This document shows, in pieces, positions 9,913 through 19,885 of a DNA stretch of 45,646 bases. The number at the start of each line of letters is the position of its first letter. The first letter of the stretch is position 1. A program made the translations under genes and the position numbers. The stretch comes from Deltaproteobacteria bacterium (GTDB lineage Bacteria; Desulfobacterota; Desulfobacteria; Desulfobacterales; UBA11574): the NCBI GenBank assembly GCA_019314155.1, contig JAFCZV010000008.1:1-45646 (forward strand). The letters are read 5' to 3'. Below the pieces are notes generated by a model, which did no database searches, was not told the DNA's origin, and saw nothing but the letters and a program-made list of their open reading frames with translations.

Positions 9913-10791
9913 ATGAAAACATATCACCTTAAATGGGATAAACACCGTCTGGCTCTCGGTCACCGCACGTGTATTATGGGGGTATTGAATGTAACGCCGG
10001 ATTCATTCTCAGACGGCGGGAATTTTTTTTCATTCGAGGATGCAGTCCATCAGGGCCGGAAGCTTTTTGAAGATGGTGCCGACATCCTCGACATCGGCGG
10101 GGAGTCCACGCGACCATTTTCAGATCCGGTGTCTGAAGAAGAAGAAATCCGGCGAGTTGTCCCCGTCATCGAGCGGCTCGCAAACCGTATATCGATTCCA
10201 ATTTCCATCGATACAACCAAAGCCGGCGTGGCCAGGCAAGCCATTAACGCCGGGGCCTCAATGATAAACGACATATCGTCACTTCGCCTTGATTCGAAAA
10301 TGGCGGATGTCGCGGTAGAATACGGGGTTCCTGTGATCTTGATGCATATGCTTGGAACCCCAAAAACGATGCAGACGGAACCCATATATGTTGACCCTAT
10401 CACAGAAATCAAAGCGTTTCTTGAAAATGCAGTGGCTCGCGCTGAAAATCGAGGGATTTCAAGATCAAAAATCATCATCGATCCAGGGATCGGTTTCGGA
10501 AAAACCATGGATCATAATCTTTTATTAATTAAGCACTTGAAGGAACTTAAAACTCTGGAAGTTCCAATAATGATCGGAACTTCGAGAAAGGCTTTTTTAC
10601 GAAACATCCTTAAAGATTCATCGGTTGAAAATATCGATCCCGAATCGGCCATCATAGAGACCGGCAGCCAGGCTTCTGTTGCCGCTGCCGTCTTAAACGG
10701 TGCCCATATGGTCAGGGTCCACAATGTCGCCAATACACGTATAACTGTAAAAATTATTGACGCCATAAAAAATGCACGAAATACTTCATAG
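9913..10791 (+). CDS. folP: Dihydropteroate synthase
   Basis: 292-aa ORF: IMGVLNVTPDSFSDGG, DIGGESTRP, GIGFGKT motifs. Confidence 0.93.
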   Translation: MKTYHLKWDKHRLALGHRTCIMGVLNVTPDSFSDGGNFFSFEDAVHQGRKLFEDGADILDIGGESTRPFSDPVSEEEEIRRVVPVIERLANRISIPISIDTTKAGVARQAINAGASMINDISSLRLDSKMADVAVEYGVPVILMHMLGTPKTMQTEPIYVDPITEIKAFLENAVARAENRGISRSKIIIDPGIGFGKTMDHNLLLIKHLKELKTLEVPIMIGTSRKAFLRNILKDSSVENIDPESAIIETGSQASVAAAVLNGAHMVRVHNVANTRITVKIIDAIKNARNTS

Positions 10792-10901
10792 GGCCTACCC
10801 CTGTGATTATTTTTTCGAATTGCCATTGATTATAAACAGTTAAATATTTGCTATGACCAACCATAGTCCCTTCTTTATTCGAGAAAAAAGGAATTTATAA
10901 T

Positions 10902-11666
10902 ATGCTTCTTGTTATTGATGTCGGCAACACAAACGCCGTCATCGGTGTTTACGATGGCGATCATCTGATTCAAAGCTGGCGGATCCGTACGGAAAGACGT
11001 ACAACGGAAGACGAGTTTAACATACTTGCTACCAACCTATTTGCAGGCAGCAATATCAATTCCGGCGATATCGATAAGACCGTTATTTCCTGCGTCGTTC
11101 CACCCATGGTAACCATCCTCGATTCGTTCTGTCGAAAATATCTTGGCCATGCACCCCATTGGGTGGATGCCAGGTCCGCTCCAAAATTGCCGATCCGATA
11201 TAAAAATCCATCTGAAGTGGGCGCAGACAGGATCGTCAATGCGGTTGCAGCATTTCATAAATTCCAAACCAGCCTCATCGTGATAGATTTTGGCACGGCA
11301 ACAACGTTTGATTCTATTTCCGAGGAAGGGGAATACCTGGGGGGTGCAATCAGCCCCGGAATCATGATTTCTTCCGAAGCACTTTTCATAAAAGCATCCA
11401 GACTCCCCCGAGTTGAAATTTTTGTTCCACCTGAAAGTGTGATTGGCAAAGATACCGCGAGCAGTATCAAGGCCGGAATTATTTTTGGATATGCAGGCCT
11501 GGTGGACGGGATGGTAAAGCGGATGAAGATGGAAATGGGCACGAATCCCCGCATTGTCGCCACAGGCGGTCTGGCAGACCTTATGTGTCAGGTATCTGAA
11601 ACGATCGAGGTTGTTGAGCCGGCCTTAACCCTGGAAGGGTTGCGGATCATCAGCAACAGTTTGTAG
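10902..11666 (+). CDS. coaX: Type III pantothenate kinase
   Basis: 254-aa ORF: MLLVIDVGNTN..., GADRIVNAVAA, IDFGTATTFD, ATGGLA. Confidence 0.93.
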   Translation: MLLVIDVGNTNAVIGVYDGDHLIQSWRIRTERRTTEDEFNILATNLFAGSNINSGDIDKTVISCVVPPMVTILDSFCRKYLGHAPHWVDARSAPKLPIRYKNPSEVGADRIVNAVAAFHKFQTSLIVIDFGTATTFDSISEEGEYLGGAISPGIMISSEALFIKASRLPRVEIFVPPESVIGKDTASSIKAGIIFGYAGLVDGMVKRMKMEMGTNPRIVATGGLADLMCQVSETIEVVEPALTLEGLRIISNSL

Positions 11667-11675
11667 AAGCTTTAT

Positions 11676-11825
11676 TTAATCAAGCTCCATTTCTGCCTCG
11701 AGTTTTTTCATCTGTAAAATGATATCGTTTCTTTCTTCTTCACTCAGATCTTCGCGCTGGAGCCGCTGCCTGAAACTCAGGAGGATCATTTCGGTCCGAT
11801 AGTCGGCACAGGTATAGTTTATCAT
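11676..11825 (-). CDS. Small hypothetical protein (49 aa), below the ORF-track cutoff
   Basis: Hand translation: MINYTCADYRTEMILLSFRQRLQREDLSEEERNDIILQMKKLEAEMELD, with ATG start and TAA stop. Amphipathic and helical. Lies directly downstream of the zinc-ribbon gene on the same strand. Confidence 0.35.
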   Translation of the reverse strand: MINYTCADYRTEMILLSFRQRLQREDLSEEERNDIILQMKKLEAEMELD

Positions 11826-11858
11826 GAGCAATTCGGATTATTTCGGATATTTCACCGA

Positions 11859-12500
11859 TTAGATTCTGCCGGTTTTAAGAAGGGACTGCTTGTAGACACG
11901 GTAGAAGTTCTCATAATCGGTTTTCCCGCGTCTCAGGATTTTTTCTATTTCGTTCATATTCTTAAGATTGATAATCAGGTTAACACTGTTGTGAAAGGCC
12001 GCCATGTTGTCCATGGTCCTGAATCGGGTGGTGACGAGGGCCACAAAGATGTTTCGACGTATGGATATATTAAGGCGATCCTTGAGAACGACTATATCGA
12101 AAACGTGAAATCGCATTTGTTTGAGAGCGTCTTTGGGAAGCTGGGGTGCCGTGGTATGATATCCCATGTTATACAAAGCGGTTATGATTTTTGCTCGAAC
12201 AGCCGAGCCGGGTTCGCACAAAAGGGCTGTCTCCACACCCTCTTCAACAAAATCAAACGGTTTGTCTGAAGCATCATAAGTGCCGGCGTCGACTTCATCA
12301 ATGATTGCCTTGTCTTTTTCCACATCGGAGTTGGACAATGAAGCGGTCATCCTATCGGATGAAGATCGTGTGTGATCGCGGGAATCGACAAACACTTTGT
12401 TTTCACACTGGGGGCAGGTTAACGAAAAGGACTGTCCCTTTGGGATTTTTTCGTCCGGAATTTTAAACTTAGCCAGACATTTTTGACACACGACATTCAT
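11859..12500 (-). CDS. MJ0042-type zinc-ribbon protein with a receiver-like C-terminal domain
   Basis: N-terminus MNVVCQKCLAKFKIPDEKIP...LTCPQCENKVFV (CxxC...CxxC zinc ribbon). Co-directional with the two pilT-family genes and 17 nt downstream of them. Confidence 0.7.
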   Translation of the reverse strand: MNVVCQKCLAKFKIPDEKIPKGQSFSLTCPQCENKVFVDSRDHTRSSSDRMTASLSNSDVEKDKAIIDEVDAGTYDASDKPFDFVEEGVETALLCEPGSAVRAKIITALYNMGYHTTAPQLPKDALKQMRFHVFDIVVLKDRLNISIRRNIFVALVTTRFRTMDNMAAFHNSVNLIINLKNMNEIEKILRRGKTDYENFYRVYKQSLLKTGRI

Positions 12501-12517
12501 TATTTTTCCTTATTAGA

Positions 12518-13690
12518 TTATTTTCTCCGGGTCTTACCATATTCATGGTCGACCTTCAGGTCCTCAATATCCGTCGTAGCCTCTCCCCGGGCGCTCTTAA
12601 CCGCGTCGATGCCGCGTCCCACTTCACCTTTTCGAGAGCAGTAGGCCATGGCTGTCTCTTGGGTGATGAGACCCTGATCGTACAATCCTACGATATAATC
12701 GTCAAAGGTGGTCATTCCGAATGCTTTTCCGGCCTGGATGATATCATAAAAAGTTTTACCTTCGGATTCTCCGTGCAGGATTGTGTCTTTGATACGAAGG
12801 CTGGTGCGCATGATCTCAAAAGCCGCAACCCGTCCTCCGTCGACCTTGGGCAGCAGCCTCTGGCATACGATCCAGCGAACCATGTCGGCAAGCCGGGTAC
12901 GTATTTGACTTTCTTCTTCCGGAGGGAACATTCCGAGGATACGGTTAATTGTCTGCCCGGCATCCACCGTGTGGAGGGTGCTTAGAACCAGATGGCCGGT
13001 TTCGGCAGCACTGAGAGCGATATCCAACGTTACCCGGTCGCGCATCTCTCCCACCAGAATCACTTTTGGAGCCTGTCGCAGGGCTGCTCTTAGGCCGCTG
13101 GAAAATGTGTCGAAATCCTCTCCCATCTCCCGCTGGTTGAAGGTGGCTTTTTTATGCGGATGATCAAATTCCACCGGATCTTCAAGCGTCACGATATGAA
13201 ACGATTTGGTATCATTAATCTCGTTGAGGATGGCAGCCAGAGAGGTAGATTTTCCGCAGCCGGTGGCACCTGTGATCAGGATGATGCCGTTCTTCTCCTC
13301 AGCCATTTCTAAAAAGGAATCTGGGATGCCCAGTTCCTGGCAGGTAGGAATCTTGGCTGCAAGTTTCCGCAAGACAATGGAATAATTCCCTCGCTGGGAA
13401 AAGATGTTGATCCTGAAACGCGCCTTGCCGGGGAGTTCATAGGAAGAATCACATGACCCCTCAAGCAAGAGGTTCTCGGTGAGCCGTCGGTTCTGGTTTA
13501 TAAGATTGAGAGCGAAAATTTCAGCCTGAAAAGGGGTAATTTCATGAAACGGTGGGTCCATACCCACCGAAGTAAGTTCGCCGGAAGTTTCAACCTGGAA
13601 TGGTTTTCCAACGGTAATATTCAGATCTGAAACATTGTCGTAGGCATCCAGCATTCTTGCCAAAATATGATCAATCTCCTGTTTTTTCAA
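12518..13690 (-). CDS. PilT-family type IV pilus retraction ATPase (PilU-like paralogue)
   Basis: 390-aa ORF: Walker A GATGCGKST, LRQAPKVILVGEMRD, LVLSTLHT. Confidence 0.9.
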   Translation of the reverse strand: MKKQEIDHILARMLDAYDNVSDLNITVGKPFQVETSGELTSVGMDPPFHEITPFQAEIFALNLINQNRRLTENLLLEGSCDSSYELPGKARFRINIFSQRGNYSIVLRKLAAKIPTCQELGIPDSFLEMAEEKNGIILITGATGCGKSTSLAAILNEINDTKSFHIVTLEDPVEFDHPHKKATFNQREMGEDFDTFSSGLRAALRQAPKVILVGEMRDRVTLDIALSAAETGHLVLSTLHTVDAGQTINRILGMFPPEEESQIRTRLADMVRWIVCQRLLPKVDGGRVAAFEIMRTSLRIKDTILHGESEGKTFYDIIQAGKAFGMTTFDDYIVGLYDQGLITQETAMAYCSRKGEVGRGIDAVKSARGEATTDIEDLKVDHEYGKTRRK

Positions 13691-13710
13691 AATATATCCT
13701 CATAAGATTG

Positions 13711-14793
13711 TCATGCTTCGGTAAAGTCAGTGGGCGGATTCTTTAAAAATTCTCTGAATCTTCCCTTGTCATTGGCTTTGGCATAAGCTTCGTCAGACCC
13801 GATCCATCCTTTATCAAGCAGTTCCATAATAGCATCATCCAAAAGCTGCATGCCGTATTTTTTCCCGGTCTGAATTACCGAAGGAATTTGGTGGGTTTTA
13901 CCTTCGCGTATAAGATTTCGAGCCGCTGGAGTTGCTATCAATATTTCAAGAGCGGCGCAGAGCCCTTTTGTATCGGCTCTTTTAAACAAGACTTGCGCGA
14001 TAACCGACCGAATTCCGTCGGCCAGTGTCGAACGAATCTGAGCCTGTTCACCTGCAGGGAACACCTCGATGATACGATCTATGGTTTTTGCTGCGCTCAT
14101 GGTATGCAAGGTGCCAAAAACAAGGTGACCGGTCGACGCGGCTTCTATTGCAAGCGATATGGTTTCAAGATCCCTCATTTCACCCACGAGAATGATGTCC
14201 GGGTCCTCTCGCAAAGCACCCCTTAACGCCGTGGTGAATGACCTGGTATGGATTCCAACTTCTCGTTGGTTAACAATGCAACTTTGGCTCTTGTGAACAA
14301 ATTCGATGGGGTCTTCAATGGTAATTATATGATCCTTTCGGGTACGGTTTGCAATATCGATGATTGCGGCCAAGGTGGTCGATTTGCCGCTTCCGGTCGG
14401 TCCGGTTACCAGAACCAGACCTCTGGGGAGTGAGGCCAGTTTGGATATTACATTGGGAAGACCCAGCTGTTCGGCGGTCATTATTTTTTCAGGAATTTGC
14501 CTGAAAACCGCACCAACACCATTTCTCTGCATAAAGAAATTTGATCGATATCTGGCAATACCGGGTATTTCATATCCGAAATCGATATCTCCTGTCTCCT
14601 CAAACTCTTTGATCTTGTGTTCCGGCGCAATTTCATAGAGCATGGCTTTCAGTGCATCATTTTCCATCACCTTATATTTAATCCTCTCCATTTCACCCCT
14701 TATTCGAAGTGCAGGCGGCTGGCCGGATATAAGGTGAAGATCTGAGGCACTCTGCTCATTCATCAATTTAAAAAACGCATCAATTTTTGCCAT
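13711..14793 (-). CDS. pilT: Twitching motility ATPase PilT
   Basis: 360-aa ORF: ASDLHL, GPTGSGKSTT, LREDPDIILVGEMRD, LVFGTLHT, AxxNLIREGK-type motif AARNLIREGK. Confidence 0.93.
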   Translation of the reverse strand: MAKIDAFFKLMNEQSASDLHLISGQPPALRIRGEMERIKYKVMENDALKAMLYEIAPEHKIKEFEETGDIDFGYEIPGIARYRSNFFMQRNGVGAVFRQIPEKIMTAEQLGLPNVISKLASLPRGLVLVTGPTGSGKSTTLAAIIDIANRTRKDHIITIEDPIEFVHKSQSCIVNQREVGIHTRSFTTALRGALREDPDIILVGEMRDLETISLAIEAASTGHLVFGTLHTMSAAKTIDRIIEVFPAGEQAQIRSTLADGIRSVIAQVLFKRADTKGLCAALEILIATPAARNLIREGKTHQIPSVIQTGKKYGMQLLDDAIMELLDKGWIGSDEAYAKANDKGRFREFLKNPPTDFTEA

Positions 14794-14807
14794 ATCGTTC
14801 TATCCGT

Positions 14808-15311
14808 TTATTCAGAATGTCTTAACAGCTTTAGTTTGTCATCTTCCTCCTCCCTGATACTGGCGTCTTCTTTTCCGATTTCAAGGAGTTTGGAATGGCT
14901 TTCAATAACTGAGCGAATCTGAACTTCGATCTGCATGCGTTGCCGTTTTAATTCAGTAATATCTTCATGAAGCTGTGCCAGTCGGTTTTGCGACCTATTA
15001 AGGATTTTTTCCGCCGTAACCTCTGCTTCAGCAACAACCAATTCCGCCGATTTTCTGGCGTTTTGCTTCATCTGCTCCAAAACTTTCTGGGAATTCAGCA
15101 TCGCACGCTTAAAACTCTCCTCGCGCTCCCGATATCCCTGACCCTCGAGTTGAAGCCGTTTAATTTCTTTACGGAAGCGTTTATTTTCACTTTGTAACGA
15201 TTCGAAGACATCAGCCATTTGTTCGAGAAATGTGTCCACCTCCCGGACATCAAAACCTCTGAACCGTGTTTTAAACTGCTGCTGCTGAATATCAAGGGGT
15301 GTAATTTTCAT
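14808..15311 (-). CDS. DivIVA domain protein
   Basis: N-terminus MKITPLDIQQQQFKTRFRGFDVREVDTFL, followed by coiled coil. Confidence 0.85.
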   Translation of the reverse strand: MKITPLDIQQQQFKTRFRGFDVREVDTFLEQMADVFESLQSENKRFRKEIKRLQLEGQGYREREESFKRAMLNSQKVLEQMKQNARKSAELVVAEAEVTAEKILNRSQNRLAQLHEDITELKRQRMQIEVQIRSVIESHSKLLEIGKEDASIREEEDDKLKLLRHSE

Positions 15312-15334
15312 GATGTATCACCTGTTTTCTTTGA

Positions 15335-15634
15335 TCACATAAAATTTGCGGACAATCTCAAAAGGCTGTTGACGACAAAGTTTTGCAGAAATATCACGCC
15401 AAGGATAACAATAATCGGAGAAAAATCGATACCGCCAAAGTTGACGGGAATTTTTGCGCGGATTCGGTAGAGGACCGGTTCGGTCACATTATGAATAAAC
15501 CGGACGATGGGATTATAGGGATCTGGATTTACCCACGAAAGTATCGCCCGCGCGATAACGATCCACATATAAAACGTGAGAACATAACGAAGAATAATTG
15601 CAACAGCCATTAAAAAATTGCCGATGATAAACAT
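15335..15634 (-). CDS. YggT family membrane protein
   Basis: 99-aa two-TM protein with YggT-like sequence (ILSWVNPDPYNPIVRFI), adjacent to divIVA and proC. Confidence 0.85.
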   Translation of the reverse strand: MFIIGNFLMAVAIILRYVLTFYMWIVIARAILSWVNPDPYNPIVRFIHNVTEPVLYRIRAKIPVNFGGIDFSPIIVILGVIFLQNFVVNSLLRLSANFM

Positions 15635-15984
15635 ATTAACAACGATCTTTCATCTTTTTGATTAATAAAATAAGGAGACGGTAGTTCCTTGTAAAACGGA
15701 TAATATTTCTTAAAAATTAATGATATATTAACAATAAGTCAAGATATTTCAGGCAAAATCGTTGACACACTAAATATTCAGACGATAAAAGACAGGGTAA
15801 CATATTTACCCTTTGAAGCTTGATGGAGTTCATTCGATTCCGGCCCAGGGGGCTCAAACGCCGAGCTGCCGCCCGCCAAAGCACATGTTTGCGAATTGAA
15901 CCCGCTATTTTAATACACCGCAAACTGTATGCCAAGAATAATATAGGTTGAAGAATTATAAATAGTTAAAGGAGACTGGAATTC

Positions 15985-16836
15985 ATGTTAAAAGACAAAA
16001 AAATTGCTATTATCGGAGCAGGAAATATGGGAGAAGCCCTTGTGAGCGGGCTCATTTCTTCGGAATCATCCAATCCCAAGAATATCATTTGTACAGATGT
16101 TCGGAAAGAAAAGCTTGAATCCGTCAAAGAAAAATATGGTGTGATCACACTGACAAACAACATCGAAGCAGTTGAAACTTCGGATATTGTTATCTACGCG
16201 GTCAAGCCCCAGATCATTGCCTCGGTATTGAAGGAAACAACATCTTGCCTGGACATGTCCAAGCTTATCATTTCTATTGCCGCCGGTGTTCCTCTGGCTG
16301 CAATAGAGTCGTGTCTAAAAAAAGAATTGCGTCTTATTCGGGTCATGCCCAACATTGCTGCATTTGTTAAAGAAAGCGCCTCGGTTATTGCGGCAGGGGA
16401 TAATGCTACCGAAGAGGACATCGAACTTTCAATGGCGATCTTTAATTCCATGGGCAAAAGCATCTTCCTTAAAGAAAATAGCCTCATGGACGCCGTCACC
16501 GGTTTAAGCGGCAGCGGGCCGGCCTACATTTTTCTGATTGTCGATGCATTGGCTGACGCCGGCGTAAAGGTAGGGCTGGCACGGGAAGATGCCCTGTTTC
16601 TTTCAACCCAGACAGTTCTTGGTGCTGCAAAATTGTTGATGGAGACCAAAGAACATCCGGGCAGATTAAAAGATATGGTAACCTCTCCCGGGGGAACCGC
16701 CATTGCCGGAATTCATTCTCTGGAAAAAGGGGGACTCCGAACCACCCTTATCAATGCTGTAGAAGTCGCTACCCAGCGATCCAAGGAACTGGGTGAAATT
16801 GTAACCCGAAACTTTAAAAATAACGGTTGCCAATAA
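15985..16836 (+). CDS. proC: Pyrroline-5-carboxylate reductase
   Basis: 283-aa ORF: IAIIGAGNMGEAL, VKPQ, SPGGTAIAG. Confidence 0.93.
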   Translation: MLKDKKIAIIGAGNMGEALVSGLISSESSNPKNIICTDVRKEKLESVKEKYGVITLTNNIEAVETSDIVIYAVKPQIIASVLKETTSCLDMSKLIISIAAGVPLAAIESCLKKELRLIRVMPNIAAFVKESASVIAAGDNATEEDIELSMAIFNSMGKSIFLKENSLMDAVTGLSGSGPAYIFLIVDALADAGVKVGLAREDALFLSTQTVLGAAKLLMETKEHPGRLKDMVTSPGGTAIAGIHSLEKGGLRTTLINAVEVATQRSKELGEIVTRNFKNNGCQ

Positions 16837-16852
16837 ATCATAAAGGGCTGAT

Positions 16853-18970
16853 ATGATCATGGATTATAAAATGGAAACTATAAAAACTTTCAATTATGAC
16901 AGACCTGTTATAAAAAAAGGTTATGCCAACCAAACCCTTTTTATAGATATCTCTGTTCCGGACATTTCTATTAAGCCTGTTGACGATAAAATGAAAGACG
17001 TATTCATCGGCGGTAAGGGATTTGACCTCTGGCTGCTCTGGCATGGGGTGAAAAGCACGACAAAATGGACGGATCCGGATAATGCAATATGCATCTCATC
17101 GGGGCCTATGGGCGGAACCCCTCTATATCCGGGCTCCGGTAAAAGTATTGTGACCACCATTTCTCCTTTAACAGGTTCTGTAATAGATTCCAATGTCGGG
17201 GGATATTTCGGCCCTTACCTTAAATTTTCCGGGTTTGATGCCTTGGAAGTCAAAGGAAAAACCGAAAAGGATATCGTAATTCTAATTGACGGCATTGATG
17301 AAAAGGTGGAAATTTTAGCAACATCGGGGCTGCCGGACGACTCTTATGACCTTTCAGCCATATTGACAGAACACTTTGCACAGGGAAAACCCCGACATAT
17401 TTCTGTTGTTTCCACAGGTCCTGGTGCAAAAAATGCGCGGATGGGATGTCTCAACTTTACCTGGTATGATTTGAAACGAAAGCGGGCCAGATACAAGCAG
17501 GCCGGGCGTGGCGGAATCGGCAGTGTCTTTGCTGACAAACGGATTAAAGCCATTGTAGCACGATGGAATACCGTTAAAGTCGGCACAAATAATCCTGCAG
17601 ATGAGAATACATTAAAAACGGTTGGAAGAAAACACTCCAAAGAGATTGTTGAACTCGATCCCAAGCAGAACGAAATGGCAACAATCGGCACAACCCACCT
17701 TGTCACGATTATGAATGACTTTGATTTGCTACCCACCAATAATTTTCAGTATGGAAAGCATCCGGAAGCAGACAATGTCGGCCAGGAGGTGTTCAGGCGC
17801 ATATTCGATGCGGGTTATGATGGATGCTGGATGGGGTGCACGGTTGCCTGCTCCCATGGTGTCAAAGACTTTGTTCCCCTTACCGGATCCTACAAAGGGA
17901 CCAAAGTTTTTGTAGACGGCCCTGAATACGAAACCATCGCCGGGTGCGGCTCAAATCTGGGAATATTTGATCCCCATACGATTATTGAGATGAATTTTTA
18001 TTGCGACACCTATGGCCTTGACACCATTTCAGTGGGTACGAGCATCGCATTTGCCATGGAATGCTTTGAGATGGGCCTGATCGACGAAACCCATACCCGG
18101 GGAATCCATCTTTCATTCGGCAACCGGCTGGCGGCGCTTGAGATGGTTCACCAAATGGCTGAAGGCGACGGTTTTGGTTTAATTGTGGGGCAAGGCGTCC
18201 GCGAAATGAAGTCGATTTTTGCCAGAGACTATAAAGCCGATCCTCACATCATGCAGGATATCGGGATGGAAGCCAAGGGTTTGGAATTCTCAGAGTATAT
18301 GACCAAAGAATCTCTTGCCCAACAGGGTGGTTACGGCCTTGCCCTCAAGGGGCCGCAGCATGATGAAGCTTGGTTGATCTTTCTCGATATGGTGCACAAT
18401 TTTATGCCGACCTTTGAGCAAAAGGCAGAAGCGCTCCACTGGTTTCCAATGTTTAGAACATGGTTCAGTTTATGTGGACTGTGTAAACTTCCCTGGAATG
18501 ATATTATACCTGAAGATAACAAAGACACCTTAGAACCTGCAAAGGTTATGAAACACGTAGAGTGGTATGCTGAATATTACACCGCAGTGACCGGAAAAAA
18601 AACAACACCCGACGAAATTATTCGGATGAGTGAAGCGGTTTACAATTTCCAGCGCATTTTCAATCTAAAAATGGGTTTTGGACGGCGGGATCATGACGAC
18701 ATTCCCTATCGAGCCATGGGGCCGGTAAAACCGGTTGAATATGAATCACGGCCCGAGCGTTACGACAAAGAGCTTGTGGAAAAACATCAAGTCGATATCA
18801 CTGGAATGGACACGGAAGAGAAAATCCGGCTGCTCCGAAAATTTCGTGAGGCGCTTTATGAAGAACTTAAAGATGCCGTATATAAACGCCGAACCCTTGA
18901 AACCGTAAGGCGTCTGAGCATCGATTTCCCGGATGTTCTGGAATTACTTAAAGCTCATGGGGTTGAATGA
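16853..18970 (+). CDS. Aldehyde:ferredoxin oxidoreductase family (tungstopterin) enzyme
   Basis: 705-aa ORF with the AOR N-terminal domain (GGKGFDLWLL, GPMGG) and AOR catalytic-domain motifs (PEYETIAGCGSNLG, DTISVG). A MoaD/ThiS-like gene follows. Confidence 0.88.
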   Translation: MIMDYKMETIKTFNYDRPVIKKGYANQTLFIDISVPDISIKPVDDKMKDVFIGGKGFDLWLLWHGVKSTTKWTDPDNAICISSGPMGGTPLYPGSGKSIVTTISPLTGSVIDSNVGGYFGPYLKFSGFDALEVKGKTEKDIVILIDGIDEKVEILATSGLPDDSYDLSAILTEHFAQGKPRHISVVSTGPGAKNARMGCLNFTWYDLKRKRARYKQAGRGGIGSVFADKRIKAIVARWNTVKVGTNNPADENTLKTVGRKHSKEIVELDPKQNEMATIGTTHLVTIMNDFDLLPTNNFQYGKHPEADNVGQEVFRRIFDAGYDGCWMGCTVACSHGVKDFVPLTGSYKGTKVFVDGPEYETIAGCGSNLGIFDPHTIIEMNFYCDTYGLDTISVGTSIAFAMECFEMGLIDETHTRGIHLSFGNRLAALEMVHQMAEGDGFGLIVGQGVREMKSIFARDYKADPHIMQDIGMEAKGLEFSEYMTKESLAQQGGYGLALKGPQHDEAWLIFLDMVHNFMPTFEQKAEALHWFPMFRTWFSLCGLCKLPWNDIIPEDNKDTLEPAKVMKHVEWYAEYYTAVTGKKTTPDEIIRMSEAVYNFQRIFNLKMGFGRRDHDDIPYRAMGPVKPVEYESRPERYDKELVEKHQVDITGMDTEEKIRLLRKFREALYEELKDAVYKRRTLETVRRLSIDFPDVLELLKAHGVE

Positions 18971-19167
18971 TGCTCAAGGTTAACGGAGAGCAGCGATCCT
19001 GGTATGAAGGAATGACCGTTGCGGATCTGCTCAGGGATATAGGCGAATCCAATCATTATGCGGTTGTACGCATCAACGATAAGCATGTATCCAGGCCTTA
19101 TTTTGAGAAGACTCAGATTCCCGAAAATTCAGAAATGTTTCTAATTCCCCTCATCGCAGGAGGGTAA
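18967..19167 (+). CDS. ThiS/MoaD-family sulfur-carrier protein
   Basis: 66-aa ORF ending in ...PLIAGG (C-terminal Gly-Gly). Overlaps the AOR stop by 4 nt (ATGA). Confidence 0.8.
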   Translation: MMLKVNGEQRSWYEGMTVADLLRDIGESNHYAVVRINDKHVSRPYFEKTQIPENSEMFLIPLIAGG

Positions 19168-19170
19168 CCG

Positions 19171-19866
19171 GTGCCTGAAACCATGTCATTCCCCGCGGCA
19201 TTTATCGCAGGGCTTCTCTCTTTTTTATCACCATGCGTGCTGCCGCTGATTCCGGCATACTTTACATTTATTACGGGCTTCTCCCTGGAAGAGCTGACCC
19301 GAGGTTGTAATTCAGAAATCAGGAAAAAAGTATTTCTTTCAACTTTTTTATTCGTTCTTGGATTTTCCCTGGTCTTCATCCTTATGGGTGCATCAGCCTC
19401 TTTCCTCGGCAGCTTGATGTACAAGTATAAAAATTTGATACGGATAATCGGTGGTGTTTTTATTATTATTCTTGGGATTCATTTAACCGGTTTAATCCGA
19501 ATACCCGGCCTCGATTTTGAAAAGCGAATTGCTATCGAAAAGAAGCCGATACATTTTTTCGGAACGCTTATCATCGGAATGGCTTTTGGAGCCGGATGGA
19601 GTCCCTGTATCGGGCCATTGCTAGGATCAATCCTTATTATTGCCGGCAACCAGGAGACCGTATGGCAGGGAGTTTCACTCCTTGCCGTCTATTCAGCCGG
19701 ATTGGCTCTACCTTTTATTGCCCTGTCAATTTTTATCAATTTCCTGTTGATTTTTATTAAAAAGGCATCAAAAGTGTTGAAATACGTCAATACTGTCGCA
19801 GGGATCCTGTTGATTATTGTGGGGCTGATTCTTGTGAGCAATAAACTGTATTTATTTATCAGCTGA
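19171..19866 (+). CDS. ccdA: Cytochrome c biogenesis / thiol-disulfide transporter CcdA (DsbD transmembrane-domain family)
   Basis: 231-aa polytopic membrane ORF with the SPCVLPLIP and GWSPCIGP motifs. Confidence 0.88.
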   Translation: MPETMSFPAAFIAGLLSFLSPCVLPLIPAYFTFITGFSLEELTRGCNSEIRKKVFLSTFLFVLGFSLVFILMGASASFLGSLMYKYKNLIRIIGGVFIIILGIHLTGLIRIPGLDFEKRIAIEKKPIHFFGTLIIGMAFGAGWSPCIGPLLGSILIIAGNQETVWQGVSLLAVYSAGLALPFIALSIFINFLLIFIKKASKVLKYVNTVAGILLIIVGLILVSNKLYLFIS

Positions 19867-19885
19867 TATAAGAAATTCGGGACGG

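Noticed and set aside
15820-15870. TTCGATTCC, a T-loop-like sequence in the yggT-proC intergenic region.
   Set aside because: The only possible stem (GGAGU/AUUCC) leaves a non-canonical loop (UCAUUCG), and there are no acceptor or anticodon arms. It is not a tRNA.
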